From contig CAVYBH010000013.1 of assembly GCA_963766715.1 (NCBI GenBank), positions 291,166-355,165 on the forward strand: a stretch of DNA of 64,000 nucleotides, in the 5' to 3' direction. Shown here piece after piece: positions 49,453-62,144 of this stretch. The notes beneath the pieces are model-generated. The model had not been told where the DNA came from, ran no database searches, and saw nothing but the letters and a program-made list of their open reading frames with translations. Made by a program: the position numbers and the translations under genes. Each line of letters opens with the position of its first letter. The stretch's first letter is position 1. This stretch comes from an uncultured delta proteobacterium (lineage in GTDB: Bacteria > Myxococcota > Myxococcia > Myxococcales > Anaeromyxobacteraceae).

Positions 49453-52400
49453 CGGCTTCCCTCCGTGACGGGCGCCTGGCCCGCGTCGAGCGCCTGGGCC
49501 CGCTCGCGGGCCCGCTTCGCGTCGTCGGGCCGGCCGAGAGCATCGTACGCATTGGCGAGGTCGTGCCAGGATGCCGCGCTGGCGGGTGCGGTTCGCACGG
49601 CGCGCTCGAGGAGGGCGGCGGCCGCCGCGTATTCGCCCGCATCGACCAGCAGCTGTCCTTGATTCGTCAGGGCGTCCGCGCCATCCGGGTCCAGCTCGAT
49701 GGCCCTCTTCCATTTCGCCTCGGCCTGGAGCCGAGCCCCGCGAGCGAGATCCACCCGTCCGAGGCCGTTCCACACCCTGGCATCCTCGGGAGCGACCTTC
49801 TGGGCGCTCGACAGGATCGCGGCAGCCAGCTCGATCCGCTTTCGGGCCAGGGAGGCGCTGGCGAGGCGGACCATGGCGGCCACGTCTCGTTCGTCGCGCG
49901 CCAGGGCACCTCGCGCGGCCTGCTCCTCTTCCGCCGGTCGCGGAGGGCTCTCGGGCAGGAAGCGCCCCTTGTCCCGCCGAGGGGACCGAGGTCGGCGGGG
50001 CGACGTCGAGCGAGCGCCGAGGCGGCCCGCCGGCTCCATTCGCTCTCCACGCGGCGCTCCTGCGCGAGCCGGACCGCCTGCGCATAGGCCTGGTCGGCCT
50101 GCGCCTCGTAGGGCTGCGCGAAGGTCGCCAGCTGGGCCTGGTACTCGGCCAGGTAACTGTTCCTGCCCCGCCTTCCGGAACTCGGGAGGAGGCGGCGCCT
50201 CGTGGAGCGCGCGCGCGAAGCGCTCGGACAGGTACCCTTGCCGGTAGACGGCCGCGACCGTCCATTCCGGGACCTGGAAGCGCTTCACCTCCTCGTACTG
50301 GGCGGCGAGCTTTCCCATCTCGGAGAGCCGGGCCTTGAGCGCCCGCTCGAGCGCGCTCGCCTGGCTGGTCGAGGGAAGCTCGCTTCGATCGAATCGCTGG
50401 AGATCGGGCTCGGCCAGCCGGAACCGGGCCTCGGCGGCCGCCGCCGCGGCCGCGGGGTTCTTCCGGGCGTCCAGTCCTCGCCGGGCGAACTCGGCCAGGG
50501 CCTTCGAGTACGCGCCCCTCGCCGCCGCCTCGTGCCCGAGCTCGCCCTCGGCGCGCCCGGTGCGGAGGTGCGCCACCACCGGCATCTCGACGTCCCCCGA
50601 CCTCGAGTACCTGCGCTGGAACTCCTGGAGCGCCCGGATGATTCGATTCCAGGCCGCACCCTTCTCGAAGACCTCGGTGGCGTGAAGAAGCGTCCCGGGC
50701 GCGTCGGCGGCGCCGGGGTCGAGCGATGCGTACCGCTCGAAGGCGAGGCCCGCTTCCTCGTACCTCTGGAGGATCTCCAGCGAGAGCGCCCGGTCGTAGA
50801 GCGCGTCCTTCATCTGCTTCGAGCCGGGGTACTTCTCGATCAGGGCCTCGTACCGCTCGGAGGCCTTCTCGTAGTCGAACACGGCCTCGGCGAGGGCCGC
50901 CTGCCGGAAGAGGGACTCCGGGGCGTGCGGCGAGCCGGGATACTCGGCCGCGACGCGGGCGTACAGGGAAGACGCGAGCTCGCGGTGCCGGCCCTCCTCC
51001 TGGCAATACGCGGCGTTGTAGAGGCCCTTGTCGGCGAGCGGATGACGGGGCGCCTCGTCCGCGATCGCCTGGAAGATGGCCGCCGCCTCGCTCCACCTCT
51101 TCTGGCCCAGCAGGTCGGTCGCGCGCTGGAACCGGATCGCCTGCTCCATCCCCTGCGCGTTCCTCGCCGCCTCGGTGCCCGGCCACCGGGCGGCGATCTC
51201 CTCGAGCCGGCGCCGGGACTCCTGCCCGTCCTGGTACGCCTGGAACACCTCGGCGGCCCGGAAGGCGGCGGCAGGCGCGCTCGCGTCGTCCGGGAAGCGA
51301 GCCACCAGGACGTCCGTGGCGCCCACCAGGGACCGAAGCACGTCGGGAAGCGGGAGATCGCGCCCCTGGAGCTTTCCCGCCCCCTGCTGCCGGGAGGCCT
51401 CGGCCCCCCAGGAGCGAACCGCCTCCCGCGCCGCCTCCTCCTGGGTCCTGGGCTCGCTGGCGGTGTCGCGCACTCCCTCGAACAGGCGCGCCGCGGCCTC
51501 GTAATCGCCCGCGCCGAAGGTGCATTCCGCCCGGGCGAGCGCCAGCCCCTCCGCGCCCTTCGTTCCCGGCGTGGCGCCCAGGATCTGCGCGTAGGCCTGG
51601 GCGGCGCGGCGGTACTCGGCCGCGGCGGCCTCTGGCTTTCCGGCCCGTGCCAGCTCCCTCGCCTGTGCGTGAAGGGCGACCGCGGCCTGCGCCAGGTTGG
51701 CCTCGACCAGCTCGCGGACCTCTCCGGGGGTAGCTCCGTCCTTCTGGTTTCTCCGCGACCACTCGCTGCTTCCGCCATAGCTCGCGACGAGTCGCTCCCG
51801 CTCGAGGGCCTCCTCCTTCGGTCGCCCCTCCCTCGACCAGGAAAGGACGATGCGCTCCTGAAGCCGGGGCGCCTCCGGCGACCACGGGGCCCGCGCGATC
51901 GCGAGCTTGTACGCATCGACCGCCTGGACGTACCGGCCCTGATCGAAGAGCTCGTCCGCCAGGCGCCGGTACGTGGCCGCCTCGTACGGATGACTGGCGT
52001 TCCCGGCGAACAACGCTCGCGCGCGGGCCAGGCCATCCCACCTCGGGTCCGCGAGCATGGATCCCAGGAGGTCGACGGCGCCGGACGGGAGGTCCTCCTT
52101 CGCTTCCCGGCGCGCGGGGAGCTCGCGATCGAGCAGCTTCTCCAGCGTCTCCACCGCACGCGGCAGATCGTCCAGGCGGTACTGCGCCCAGCCCAGCATG
52201 TACATGGCGTGCCCGTACAGCGGGTGATCCCGCCGGGCGGCTGCCTTCGAGTACGCCTCCGCAGCGCGGCGCAGCGAGTCGGGCCGGCCCTCCTCGAAGT
52301 AGAGGTCGCCCATGCGAACCCAGGCCTCGGGCACGTGGGGGCTGTCGGGGTACTTCCTCACCAGGTCGGCATAGGCCTGCCGGGCCTCCGAGGCCTTTCC

Positions 52401-54781
52401 CATCTCGCCCAGGCAGTAGCCCGCCAGGAAGTACACGGCGTCCTTCTGGCGGTACTCGGGGAAGCCCCTGGCCACGCGCCGGTGGAGCTCGACCGCCGCC
52501 GCACAGCCCTTGGGACCCTCTGGAGGGCTGGCCCGGGCCCCGCCCTGGACCGGGGTCCCGCCTTCGCCGTCCACCTGCAGCTCGGCCAGCCGGGACAGCG
52601 CCTGCGGTGTGTAGACGGGGTCGTCCTCGTGTCGCTGGACGTAGTCGTTCAGCTGCGCGATGGCCTCCGCCCGAACCCGCCGGTCCTCGGCCACTGCCTC
52701 GCGACTCCGGCTCTCGATCTGGGCGAGCACCTCGGGTCGGTCCTCCCTCCAGGGGAGGCTCGCCTCGAACCGGCGTCGGAACACCAGCGACTCGACTCGC
52801 CGTTCCGCGTCCTTGGTCCGGGTGAGCGCGACCTCGACGATGCCTCGATCCGCCTCCAGGATCGTCCGGTCCAGCTCGGCGTGCACGTCCCGGAAGGCCT
52901 GGTGGATCTGCAGGCCGAGAGCCACCTGCGTCTCCGCGCGGAGACGATCGAGCTCGCGCTGGGCGTCGGCCAGGTTCTTCTGCTCCTCGACGATCTCCGC
53001 CGCCGGCCCGCCACCTCCCGGGCCTCGGAGCTCGACGAGCATCCGCTCGTCCCGGATCGCGCGCGCGCGCAGGTGGCCGAGCCGAAACCGGAGGGCTCGC
53101 GCCGTCCACAGCCGCTCCTGCCATGCGCTGGACAGGTCGTCGGGCGGGGTGCCGGCCCACTTCGCCTCCTCGGCGGCCAGCCGGGCATCGAGCGCCTGCA
53201 CGTGGTCCACGAGCGCGGCCAGCCCGGACCTGCCCGTCGTGGGCGACCGCGGGGGCCGGTGACGCCACGTCGCGGGAAAGCATCGCATCGAGCCGATCCG
53301 CGGCCCCCCGCGCGTGCGCCAGGGCCAGCGTCACCGTCTCGAGCTCGTTCCAGCGATCGAGGGCCTCCGCGACGTCCGCCGTCTCGCGCACCCTCCGCGT
53401 CGCCAGCGCCGGCATCGCGGGAGGGGAGCCGCCGCGGTCGCCACTTGCGGTGAACCACTCCAGGTAGGCGGCAGGGCCCCGCTCGGCCCCGAGCGCCGTG
53501 TCGAGCTGGTCGCGCATCGCGGAGGCGCGCCGGCGGATCCGCTCGAAGGCCTCGACGGCCTCGGGGTATCGCCCGAGCTGCGACAGGATCTCGGCACGGA
53601 GGACGTCCACCTGCCAGGCGAGCCGCGACTCCGGATCCTCGTCGACGATCTGGTCGACGAGCGCCAGCGCGAGCTTCGGCGACCCTGCCCGCTGGTGGTC
53701 CCAGGCCTGCTCGTAGAGGGCCTCGCGGTAGCGAGGGGATTCGCGCGGCACCTTGCCGTACCAGTAGCGCTCCGCGTCCCAGGGCCAGCGGTCGCCGTCG
53801 ATGCGAGCCAGCGCGAGCCGGCACATCTCCTGCTGGGCCTCCTGTCGCGGATCGCCTGGAGAGAGCTCGTCGCACGCCTCGAACTCCTCGATGGCGAGGT
53901 CGATGTCTCCGGATCTCACGAAGATGGCGCCCCGGTAGTAGGCGGCCGGGAGGTCGAAAGGGGGCCCGACCGCTCGGAGGATCTCGAGCGCCTTCCGGTC
54001 CCTCTTGTCGGGAGGAAGGTCCGTGCGCCGGAAGGCCGCGGCCCCGGCCAGGTAGATCGCCTCGGGCGGGATCGAGGGTTCCGGACGACTCTCGCCCGGC
54101 CCGGCCCTCGGGGTGCGAGCCGCGTCGAGCAGGTCCACCGCACCCCGGAAATCCCCGAGCCGAAGCCGGCACTCCATCGCACCCGTGAGCGCCGAGGACG
54201 CCGTCGGGCGGCGGCACCGGCAGCAGTCGCTCGTAGTACGAGAGGGCCCCGGCCCAGAGCTTCCTCTCCCGCAGCGCGTCGGCGAGGTGGAGGAGCGCGG
54301 CACTCCGGTCGGCGTCGTCCTGAAAGAGCTTTCGCTCGCCAGGATTCTGGAGGAGCGCGGCGTTCGACCATCCGTTCGCGGTGGCGCGTCCCGTCTCGGG
54401 CGGGGGCCCCCGGCCGGAGTCCAGGAGCGTCTCGAGCGCGCCGGCCTCTCGCTCGGTCGCGGCCAGCAACTCGTCCACGTTCACCCACGAGGCCGAACGG
54501 GCGTCGGGGAGTTCCGAAGCGGCCGGCGTCATCCTCGAGCCGGAGAGCGCCTCCAGCAGGTCGAGCAGATGGGCCTCCGTCCGCAGGACCCTCATCGTGA
54601 TCTGGGCGCCCTGCTCGCGGAGCTCCCTGGATCGGAGCGTCGCCCCGGAGTCGTCGGGGGAGCGCGGAGCTTCCGCCGCGGCCGGCAAGGCGAACGAGGC
54701 GAGGAGGCACCAGGACGCTCCCAGCAGGACCCGCCCGCGGAGCGTGCAGGACTCATCCCTCGCGATGCCCCCCGGCCTCAT
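49449..54781 (-). CDS. Very large TPR protein(s), GltD/AgmU-like (frameshifted; may be more than one gene)
   Basis: TPR tracts in ORFs 52649..54913, 49174..54303 and 49449..53288, e.g. YP.SP..PEAW.RMGD.YF, A.Y.LGW..Y. Confidence 0.65.
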
Positions 54782-54872
54782 GCGTGCCGAGACCTTGGCC
54801 GGAACGGGACCTCGGATCAACCCGTCCGCCGGACTACCGCGGACGGGGGAGCCCGAGGATCGATTCGTCCGA

Positions 54873-55694
54873 TTACTTCGCCGCGGCGCAGGCCTGCTTG
54901 CCGCTCTGCGCACCGGCGTTCGCCGGCTCGATCGCCAGGGCCGCGTCGTAGGAGGTCACGGCCTCGGCGCAGTTGCCCTGCCCGGCCCGGACGTCGCCGA
55001 GGAGGACCAGCGCTCCGACGTGCTTCGGATCCTTGGCGAGGATGGCCGTCGCCTCGGCGGCGGCCTTGTCGTACTGCTTCCCCCGGAGGAGCAGCTGGCC
55101 CAGGTTCTGGCGGCGCTTCAGCGCCGCGCCCTCGATCTCGCCGGGCATGGTCGCCTTCTCCGGCGACTCCACCCGCTTCACGTCCTCGGCGGTGATCTCC
55201 TTCAGGGCGAACTGGATCCGCGCCCGGATGCGGTCGCAGTAGTTCACCTTCATGAAGGGCTCGTAGGCGAGGAGCTTGAACGCCCCGTCCGCGACGCCCA
55301 CCACGGGGTGAAGGCGCAGCCCGAGCTTGCCGTAGAGGTGGTCGGCCTTGTCCACCAGCACCGGCATCCGGAGCCCCGTCTCGGTGACCACCTTCCGGAC
55401 GTCCTGGGGATCCCAGGTCGACGACACGATGGCGACCCAGTGAATGGGCTTCCCCTGGAACTCCTGCTCGCAGGCGGCCATGGCCTTCAGCGTCTCGGTC
55501 GAGTGCTCCTGGTTCGGCCGGAAGAAGATGAAGACGTTGGCCTGGGCCTTCGCCGACAGGAGCGGCGCCGTCCCTCCCTCCAGCGTGGGCATCTCCTCGG
55601 GGTCGAGGCGGTCCCCGAGCGCGACGTTGGTGAAGGCGTCGGCTCCGCCGGGCGCGGCGAGCGAGAAGAGCAGGAGGAGGCGCGCCGCCAGCAT
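54873..55694 (-). CDS. Exported protein with redoxin-like fold (no CxxC) and C-terminal TPRs
   Basis: Signal peptide; PVLVD....YGKLG...HP; TPR helices. Confidence 0.7.
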   Translation of the reverse strand: MLAARLLLLFSLAAPGGADAFTNVALGDRLDPEEMPTLEGGTAPLLSAKAQANVFIFFRPNQEHSTETLKAMAACEQEFQGKPIHWVAIVSSTWDPQDVRKVVTETGLRMPVLVDKADHLYGKLGLRLHPVVGVADGAFKLLAYEPFMKVNYCDRIRARIQFALKEITAEDVKRVESPEKATMPGEIEGAALKRRQNLGQLLLRGKQYDKAAAEATAILAKDPKHVGALVLLGDVRAGQGNCAEAVTSYDAALAIEPANAGAQSGKQACAAAK

Positions 55695-55697
55695 GGG

Positions 55698-56813
55698 CTA
55701 CTTCTTCGCCGTGGGCGCCGGGGCGGCCTGGCCGAGCTTGCGGTCGTAGCCCTTCGTGTCGTGGCAGGTCTTGGCGCAGGAGCCGCCGTTGGCGGTCTGC
55801 GTGAAGCCGACCTTGAGGACCCAGCCCTTCGACCCGTAGGGAACGCCGTCGCGGATTCTGGTGCGCCTGCTTGGAGGCGTGCACCTCGTGGCAGGCGCGG
55901 CAGGTGCGCCCGCGATCGGCCTTGTTCACGTGGACGAAGTGCAGGTTCCGCGAGCCGTCGCGGAAGCCGGTCAGCGTCGTGGTCTCGGCGTTCTTCGCGA
56001 CCTCGGCGTTGTGGCAGGTGAAGCAGAGCTCGTAGTTCTTGGGATCGTACGGAGGCGTAGAACTCGGGCGGGTACTCGGCCACGAGCAGCCGGAAGTGGG
56101 CGCTCCCGTGCGGGAGGTGGCAGGAGGAGCAGTCCTTCGCGGCGACCGGCGCGTGCCACTCCTTGTTCTCGCCCAGCATCTTCGTGAAGTTGGTGAGCGA
56201 CTTGCCGGTCGTCGTCCTTGAGCCCGTCCACCGAGTGGCAGCTCACGCACAGGTCGAAGGGGAGCTGGGTGAGGAGCTTCTCCACGTTCGAGGCGTGCGG
56301 GTTGTGGCAGCCCAGGCACTTCTTCCCCTGGGTGAGGGCGTCGTGCTTGACCTTCGAGCCCTCGGCCACCGACTTCACGTCGGCGTGGCAGCCCAGGCAG
56401 AGCGCGGAGGCCTCGGCGTGGAGCAGCTTCGCCTGGCGCGCGTCGTGGGCGTTGTGGCAGGCGACGCAGCTCGCCTTCGCCGGGGCGTGCGGGTGCTTCC
56501 GCGCCATGATGGGCTGGAACTCGTCGTGGCACATGAAGCACAGGTCGTTGCCCTGCTTCACGAGCTTGCCCGGGTTCTTCGCGTCGTTCCGCTCGTGGCA
56601 GATGGAGCAGTCGCCCGCGGCGTAGGGCGCGTGGGTCCAGGCCGCCTTGACGTTGGCGGGGAGCGGGGCCTGGGCTCCGGGTTGGGCCTGCGGCGCCTTG
56701 GTCTTCTCCTTCTTCGCGGCGGGAGCCGGCGCGGGTGCGGGTGCAGCGACGGCGGCCGTGGCGAAGGCGAGCAGGCCAATGGCAAGGAAGCTTCGGAGAT
56801 GGATGCGGTTCAT
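55698..56813 (-). CDS. Multiheme (about 10) cytochrome c3-family protein (frameshifts near 56210, 56050 and 55858)
   Basis: Signal peptide; nine CxxCH plus CAKTCH; repeated H.P...C..CH.PH. Confidence 0.85.
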
Positions 56814-56975
56814 GCGGCGGCCCCCCTCAGGACCGGGTCGGGATCGACCGGAGCGATCTCCCATCAGTTACCACGATCGGGGGCGCCCAAGGGGACCCAC
56901 GCTCCGGGTACTAGGCCGGATCGTCGACTGGACGTAGGGTGGGCCCGGCGTTCGGGATGGGAGGGGCTTTTCGCT

Positions 56976-57359
56976 TGAGCACGATCAAGGCGGCGCTGGC
57001 CAGATTCGTCGGTTCGCAGGTCTCCTGGGCCGCCGGAGTGGCCGTTCTGGCGCTCCTCGCCCTTCCCGTCGACGCCCCTGGCCCTCGACCCCGGCGAACC
57101 CCTGCCGTGGGGGAGCAAGCCCGTCTCCTCGCACGCCCCGTACGTCGCCCACGACTGCGTGGGATGCCACACCAAGAAGTGGGGCGGCCCGCTCATCGAG
57201 AGCGGCGACAACGTCTGCCTCCCGTGCCACGAGGACGCGAAGAAGCACGTTCACGCTCCGAGGAATTGCATCCGCTGCCACAACGCCCACGACTCGATGC
57301 GAAAGAAGCTGCTCCGGGCGGATCTCGAGAAGTGCGCGGAGTGTCACCAGAAGAAGTGA
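56976..57359 (+). CDS. Small tetraheme cytochrome c (frameshifted; start uncertain)
   Basis: CVGCH, CLPCH, CIRCH, CAECH after a hydrophobic leader. Confidence 0.72.
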
Positions 57360-57372
57360 ACGCCGGGGCGGC

Positions 57373-58386
57373 TCAGGGGCTCCAGTCCTCCGAGCAGCTC
57401 CCCTCCCCGGCCGTCCGGAACTCACCGGATCCCGGGTAGCGCCACGAGCTTCCGGCCGCGTCGACCGCGACGAAGTGGTAGGTGCGGCACGCCGAGCCCC
57501 TGGTCGTCCGCGTGGACCACGTCCCGCGGGTCGCGCTGCCGAGGTCGAGCGCAAGCGCCGAGGTGACGCCGTCGAGGACGAGCGAGATCGATCGCGGGGC
57601 GGCGGCGTCCGACCAGTTCGCGAGGAAGACGATCTCCGTCCCGACGAAGACGTGGCTCCCGTCGACGAGGGGAGAGCCGGGCGCGTCGGTGGCCCCGCCG
57701 AAGTCCTGCGTCCAGTAGTTCTGGTAGGGCGAGCTCGCCGCATACCCGTAGCCGGTGCCCATGGCCCGCCAGGTGCCCGGACATGATGTTGCGCCGGTGG
57801 CCGTCGCAGCTCGCGCCGTCGGCACAGCAGGCCGCGCCCGACGCGTCGCAGAGCCACATGTTCATCGCGTAGCGCGGATCCAGCGGCGCGGGGTAGCCGG
57901 CGGCGATGTTCTCGCCGATGGATGCCGGAGAGCGTGTAGTAGGCGCGGATCCGGGTCGCCCAGCTCGTGCCGTCGCAGGAGTCGTGGCCCCAGCAGGGCG
58001 TGGTGGCCATGTCCTCCGAGTGGGCACGGGCCGAGCGGTTCAGCCCGAGATCCCAGCGGACGGGACCGACCGCCGGATAGGCGTCGAGCGCCCCGGCTCC
58101 CGCCAGCGAAGGGGAGAAGTCCGCCCCGTATCTCGCCCGCCAGTCGAGCGGCGCCATCCGGACCGCGTTGGTGAGGACGAGGAGCGCCCGCTCCCGCCAG
58201 GAGGGGAATCCCTGGTAGGGGACGCCGTACTGCGAAGGGGTCGAGGGATCGCCGCTGCCCCCCGGGGGCGTCACGGGGGTTCCCGTGCCGCTGCTCGTGC
58301 CGCCGCACCCGCCGGCGAGGACCGCCCCGAGCGTCGAGAGCGCGAGAGACCAGCCGGGCTCGCCTGCGGCCGTGGACCTTCGTCAT
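57373..58386 (-). CDS. CAP/SCP domain Cys-rich lipoprotein (frameshifted)
   Basis: LAGGC lipobox; L.LTNAVR, SARAHSEDM, GENIAAG, GHRRNIM, YWTQDFG. Confidence 0.82.
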
Positions 58387-58453
58387 GCGAGGAGCCTACC
58401 GAGCCGGGCCGCGTTCGTCACCGTGGGTCGAACTCCCACCTCGGCACCTGGGG

Positions 58454-59314
58454 TCAGGCCGCAGCCCGCGTCCCGCGCCGCCACTTGCCGTATCCCGCGA
58501 GAAGGAGCGCCGAGACGAGCACGTAGGTGAGGATCACCGGCGCCGCGCCCCGGCCCGGAAAGTTCACCTGGACGATCATGAGCGCCAGCCCGGGGTTGCG
58601 CACCGTGCAGGCCACCGCGAGCGCGTCCCGGGTGAACGCGTGCGGACCGCCCATCAGGTGTCCGATGACCGCGCTCGCGAGCGTCGCCAGCGCCACGGCC
58701 ACGTAGCCGCCCACGCCCACGAGCAGGAGCAGCTTCCCCTGGATCAGGAGGACCAGGACCACGACGGCTGCGAGGAGCACGGCCGCAATCCTTGCCCAGC
58801 GGGCGCGCCAGCCGCTCGGCCCACGTCGGACGCAGGCTGCGAAGCGCGATCCCCGCCAGGAGCGGCAGGATCTGCGCCCGCCCGACCTGCCCGGCCACGG
58901 CCCACGGCGAGACTCTGGGCGTGGTGCGTCGGGAACACGACCGACACGACCTGGAGGGAGAGCGGAACGCTGGCGATGGACAGGAAGGCGAGGACGAGCT
59001 GGAGGCTGGGGGCGTAGTCGGCGTCGCCGCTCACCTTGGCGGCCTTCTTCAGCATGAGCGGGGCCGCGGGAGAGCGCGAGGAAGATGAGCGCGATCGCCA
59101 CCGGCTCGACGGCGTTCAGCGCGAAGACGAGGAGCGTGGCCACGATCGGGACGAGCACGAGGGCGGCGAGGACCGACCGGACGAGCAGGCCGGGGCGGCG
59201 AAGCAGCCAGGTCGCCTGCCCGACGCTGATGCCGAGCGCGAGCGAGAAGACCGACATGATCACCGTGGCGATGGCGATCACGCCCGAGAGCGCCTGCATC
59301 TGCGACTGCGTCAC
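58454..59314 (-). CDS. Bile acid:sodium symporter (BASS) family transporter (frameshifted)
   Basis: Hydrophobic; LVLVP, RNPGLAL. Confidence 0.75.
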   Translation of the reverse strand: MTQSQMQALSGVIAIATVIMSVFSLALGISVGQATWLLRRPGLLVRSVLAALVLVPIVATLLVFALNAVEPVAIALIFLALSRGPAHAEEGRQGERRRRLRPQPPARPRLPVHRQRSALPPGRVGRVPDAPRPESRRGPWPGRSGGRRSCRSWRGSRFAACVRRGPSGWRARWARIAAVLLAAVVVLVLLIQGKLLLLVGVGGYVAVALATLASAVIGHLMGGPHAFTRDALAVACTVRNPGLALMIVQVNFPGRGAAPVILTYVLVSALLLAGYGKWRRGTRAAA

Positions 59315-59403
59315 GCGAGCCAGGGTATCCGCGATCCCGGCGGGAGCGGAAGTTCTGCTACCATCCGGGCCGCCACCAGCCCCCTGTCCCGGGAGAGCCT
59401 CAC

Positions 59404-60060
59404 GTGCAGATCGTCTGCCTCGACCTCGAAGGTGTCCTCGTCCCGGAGATCTGGATCGCGTTTTCCGAGCGCACGGGCATCCCCGAGCTCCGGCGCACCA
59501 CCCGCGACGAGCCCGACTACGACAAGCTCATGGCGGGGCGGCTCGCGCTCCTGCGGCGGCACGGCCTCGGGCTGCCGGACATCCAGAAGGTCATCGCCGA
59601 CATGGGGCCGGAGGCCGGGGCGCGCGACTTCCTCGACGCGCTCCGCCGCCGCTACCAGGTGGTGATCCTCTCCGACACCTTCTACGAGTTCGCCATGCCG
59701 CTCATGGAGCAGCTCGGCATGCCCACCCTCTTCTGCCACCGGCTGGAGACCGACGGGTCAGGCTTCGTGTCGGCCTACCACCTCCGGCTCCCCGACCAGA
59801 AGCGGGCCGCCGTGAAGGCCTTCAAGGCGCTGAACTTCCGGGTCATCGCCGCGGGCGACTCGTACAACGACACCGCCATGCTCGCCGAGGCCGACGCCGG
59901 CATCCTGTTCCGGCCGCCGCAGAACGTGGTCGAGGAGTTCCCGCAGTATCCGGTGGTCCGGGAGTACGACGCGCTTCGCGCGCGGATCGACGAGGCGGCG
60001 GGTCGAGTGGGTGGGGTGAACGGCAACGGCGTTAGCGACCGTCTTCGGGCAACAAGCTGA
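59404..60060 (+). CDS. thrH: Phosphoserine phosphatase / homoserine phosphotransferase ThrH
   Basis: CLDLEGVLVPEIWI, TTRDEPDYD.LM, ILSDTFYEF, AAGDSYNDT.ML. Confidence 0.95.
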   Translation: MQIVCLDLEGVLVPEIWIAFSERTGIPELRRTTRDEPDYDKLMAGRLALLRRHGLGLPDIQKVIADMGPEAGARDFLDALRRRYQVVILSDTFYEFAMPLMEQLGMPTLFCHRLETDGSGFVSAYHLRLPDQKRAAVKAFKALNFRVIAAGDSYNDTAMLAEADAGILFRPPQNVVEEFPQYPVVREYDALRARIDEAAGRVGGVNGNGVSDRLRATS

Positions 60061-61449
60061 TCCGGCGTTTGCCGAAAAAGTTCGCGTAGGAGAACTTGTA
60101 ACTCTTGAAGAACGGGGAGTCTCTCTCCTCGTCCACGGCGTCCTCGAACCACACGAGTGTTTGGGCGGGTCCTTGAGACGCGGAACCGAGCAATCGATGC
60201 CGCAGCCCCGTCCAAGGAGCCGATACCGATTCACCATGGCCACGTCAAAACGACGGGCCCTTCCCGTGATGAGGTCGGACCAGGCCATGCGCGCCGCCGA
60301 CTCGGGCACGATCGCGAGCGCCACGCCAGCGGCACATGCAGCGATGGCGATCCAGGGAGATGACTTGGAGACGGACGCGCTGCGCGTCGCTATGCACCTG
60401 TACAAACCGCCAGGAACAACACTCCGCCCGCAAAGACCGCGTGCATCAGGTTCACGGTGTGCGCCGAAATCTCGCCCTGGCCATAGATCGGCACGAGGGT
60501 TGTTCCGACATAGGCCGCGACCGCAACGATCGCCACGAGGCCAGGGTGAGGAAGGGCCCAATTCGGGTCACGCCTTCGAGCCCCAGCAGCGGCGATGCCT
60601 AGCAAGACCGCGATGGGCAGTAAGAGGAATGGTCAGGGTGCTCCATCGAGCAGCGTGAATGCCAGCAGCCACGATCGCCTGCGTGAGGATGGGGAGCAAG
60701 TAACGGCCTCCACTCGGGCCACCGCTGGCGAGGCGAACCCCGGTTCCCGGGATGAGGAGGATCACGCCGAGCCCGGCAACCGACACGGCAAATACCGTCG
60801 CGGTTCCCGTCCAGGGCCGGTGGGTCCATCGCTTCGACAGGAGGACGATCCCCACTACCCCGATGAGAAGGAGCGCGATCACCTCGTTCGTCCCTACGGC
60901 GACCGCAGCCAGCAGCGCCGCAACTCCCGTCCACGCCCACGAGTGAGTTGCGCCGTCCCGCTCACCAGCCAGCATCGCTGCCACGGCGAGGAGCGCCAAT
61001 CCCTCTCCAACGCCATAGCAGATCGAACCGTTCATCCAGTAGATCCCACCGGCTGGGCTGGGCATCGAGGCGAACAGAACGGCCGAGACCGAAGCGGCGA
61101 TCGCGAGTCGGCCGCCTCGCGCCGACGAGCGGGGAGCCAGCACGGTGACGATCGCCCAGATCCCGAGCGGGACGGCCAGCGAATACGCCGCGTTCGCCGC
61201 TCGCCAGCCATTGAGCGATCGAAAGGTGAGCGGGGTCGCCGCGTTGAGCAACGTCGCGGAATAGCGCCCCGACCAGTTGCGCATCCACCACTCGGCCGAG
61301 CCCAGCACTCCTCTGTTGATGGAGGACGCCGCAGAAACCCAGTCGTCATTCTGGGGGTGCGAGTAGATGAACAGAATGAAGAACGGAGCGCAGGCCGCCA
61401 GCGAAGCGATACACGCCGCCGCCGCGGCAAAGCGCCGCAAACCCAGCAT
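60032..61449 (-). CDS. Polytopic membrane protein, DUF6056/GT-C-like (frameshifted)
   Basis: P.NDDW, W.RNWSGRY, YW.NG...Y, NE, PG..VR; C-terminal YANFFGK. Confidence 0.6.
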
Positions 61450-61704
61450 CGCGGAAATCTAGCCTCGTGCCGTCAGGATGTCCACCCACGGCGACGCCGC
61501 CGCGCGGACGGAACAGATCTACTGGACGCTGCTCGACAGGGCTCCCCGTCGAGCGTCCCGCGGAGTACGACCCCCTTCGGCCAAGCAGAGCAACGGGGAA
61601 CGGCCTCGTCGAGGACTTCGAGGAGACGCGACGGACGATCCCTTGAGCCAACGGTTCCCGAACTGCTATTCGATGCATGGATGCATCTGTCTCCTGAACG
61701 CACC

Positions 61705-62135
61705 ATGACCCATGGGCTAGCCCCCTCTTATTGCGTGCGGCAAGCAGGCTGGTCGCCGTGCTCGTCGCATTTGGGGTGGCGCTTCATGCCCCGGCCAGAC
61801 TGGTCATCGAGTCGTCTCGCCCGGAGAACGACTTTCATGAAGTGGAGGCACAGTTCGCTCGGTTCCGTGGGTTGTTGCCCCCGGGCAGCAGGGTCGCGTG
61901 GTTGGCGGCTCCCAACGACAGGGCAGCCTCTACTTTCTTCCAGTGCCTCGGCGCGTACGCACTCGTCCCGCTCTCCTTTCCTGTCATTGGGATCGACCAG
62001 GCAGGCGGTTTCGATTACCTCGCAGTTCAGGCCCCCCTCCTACTCCGGAAGCACTCGTCTTGCGCCGACACGCTCGGCTTTGACGTCTTGCAAAGAACGC
62101 CCGACCTCGTCCTGATCAGAAAGGTCCCGAGATGA
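61705..62135 (+). CDS. Hypothetical protein (start uncertain)
   Basis: ORF 61731..62135 abuts the next gene; hydrophobic N-terminus. Confidence 0.35.
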
Positions 62136-62144
62136 AGGTCGTTC

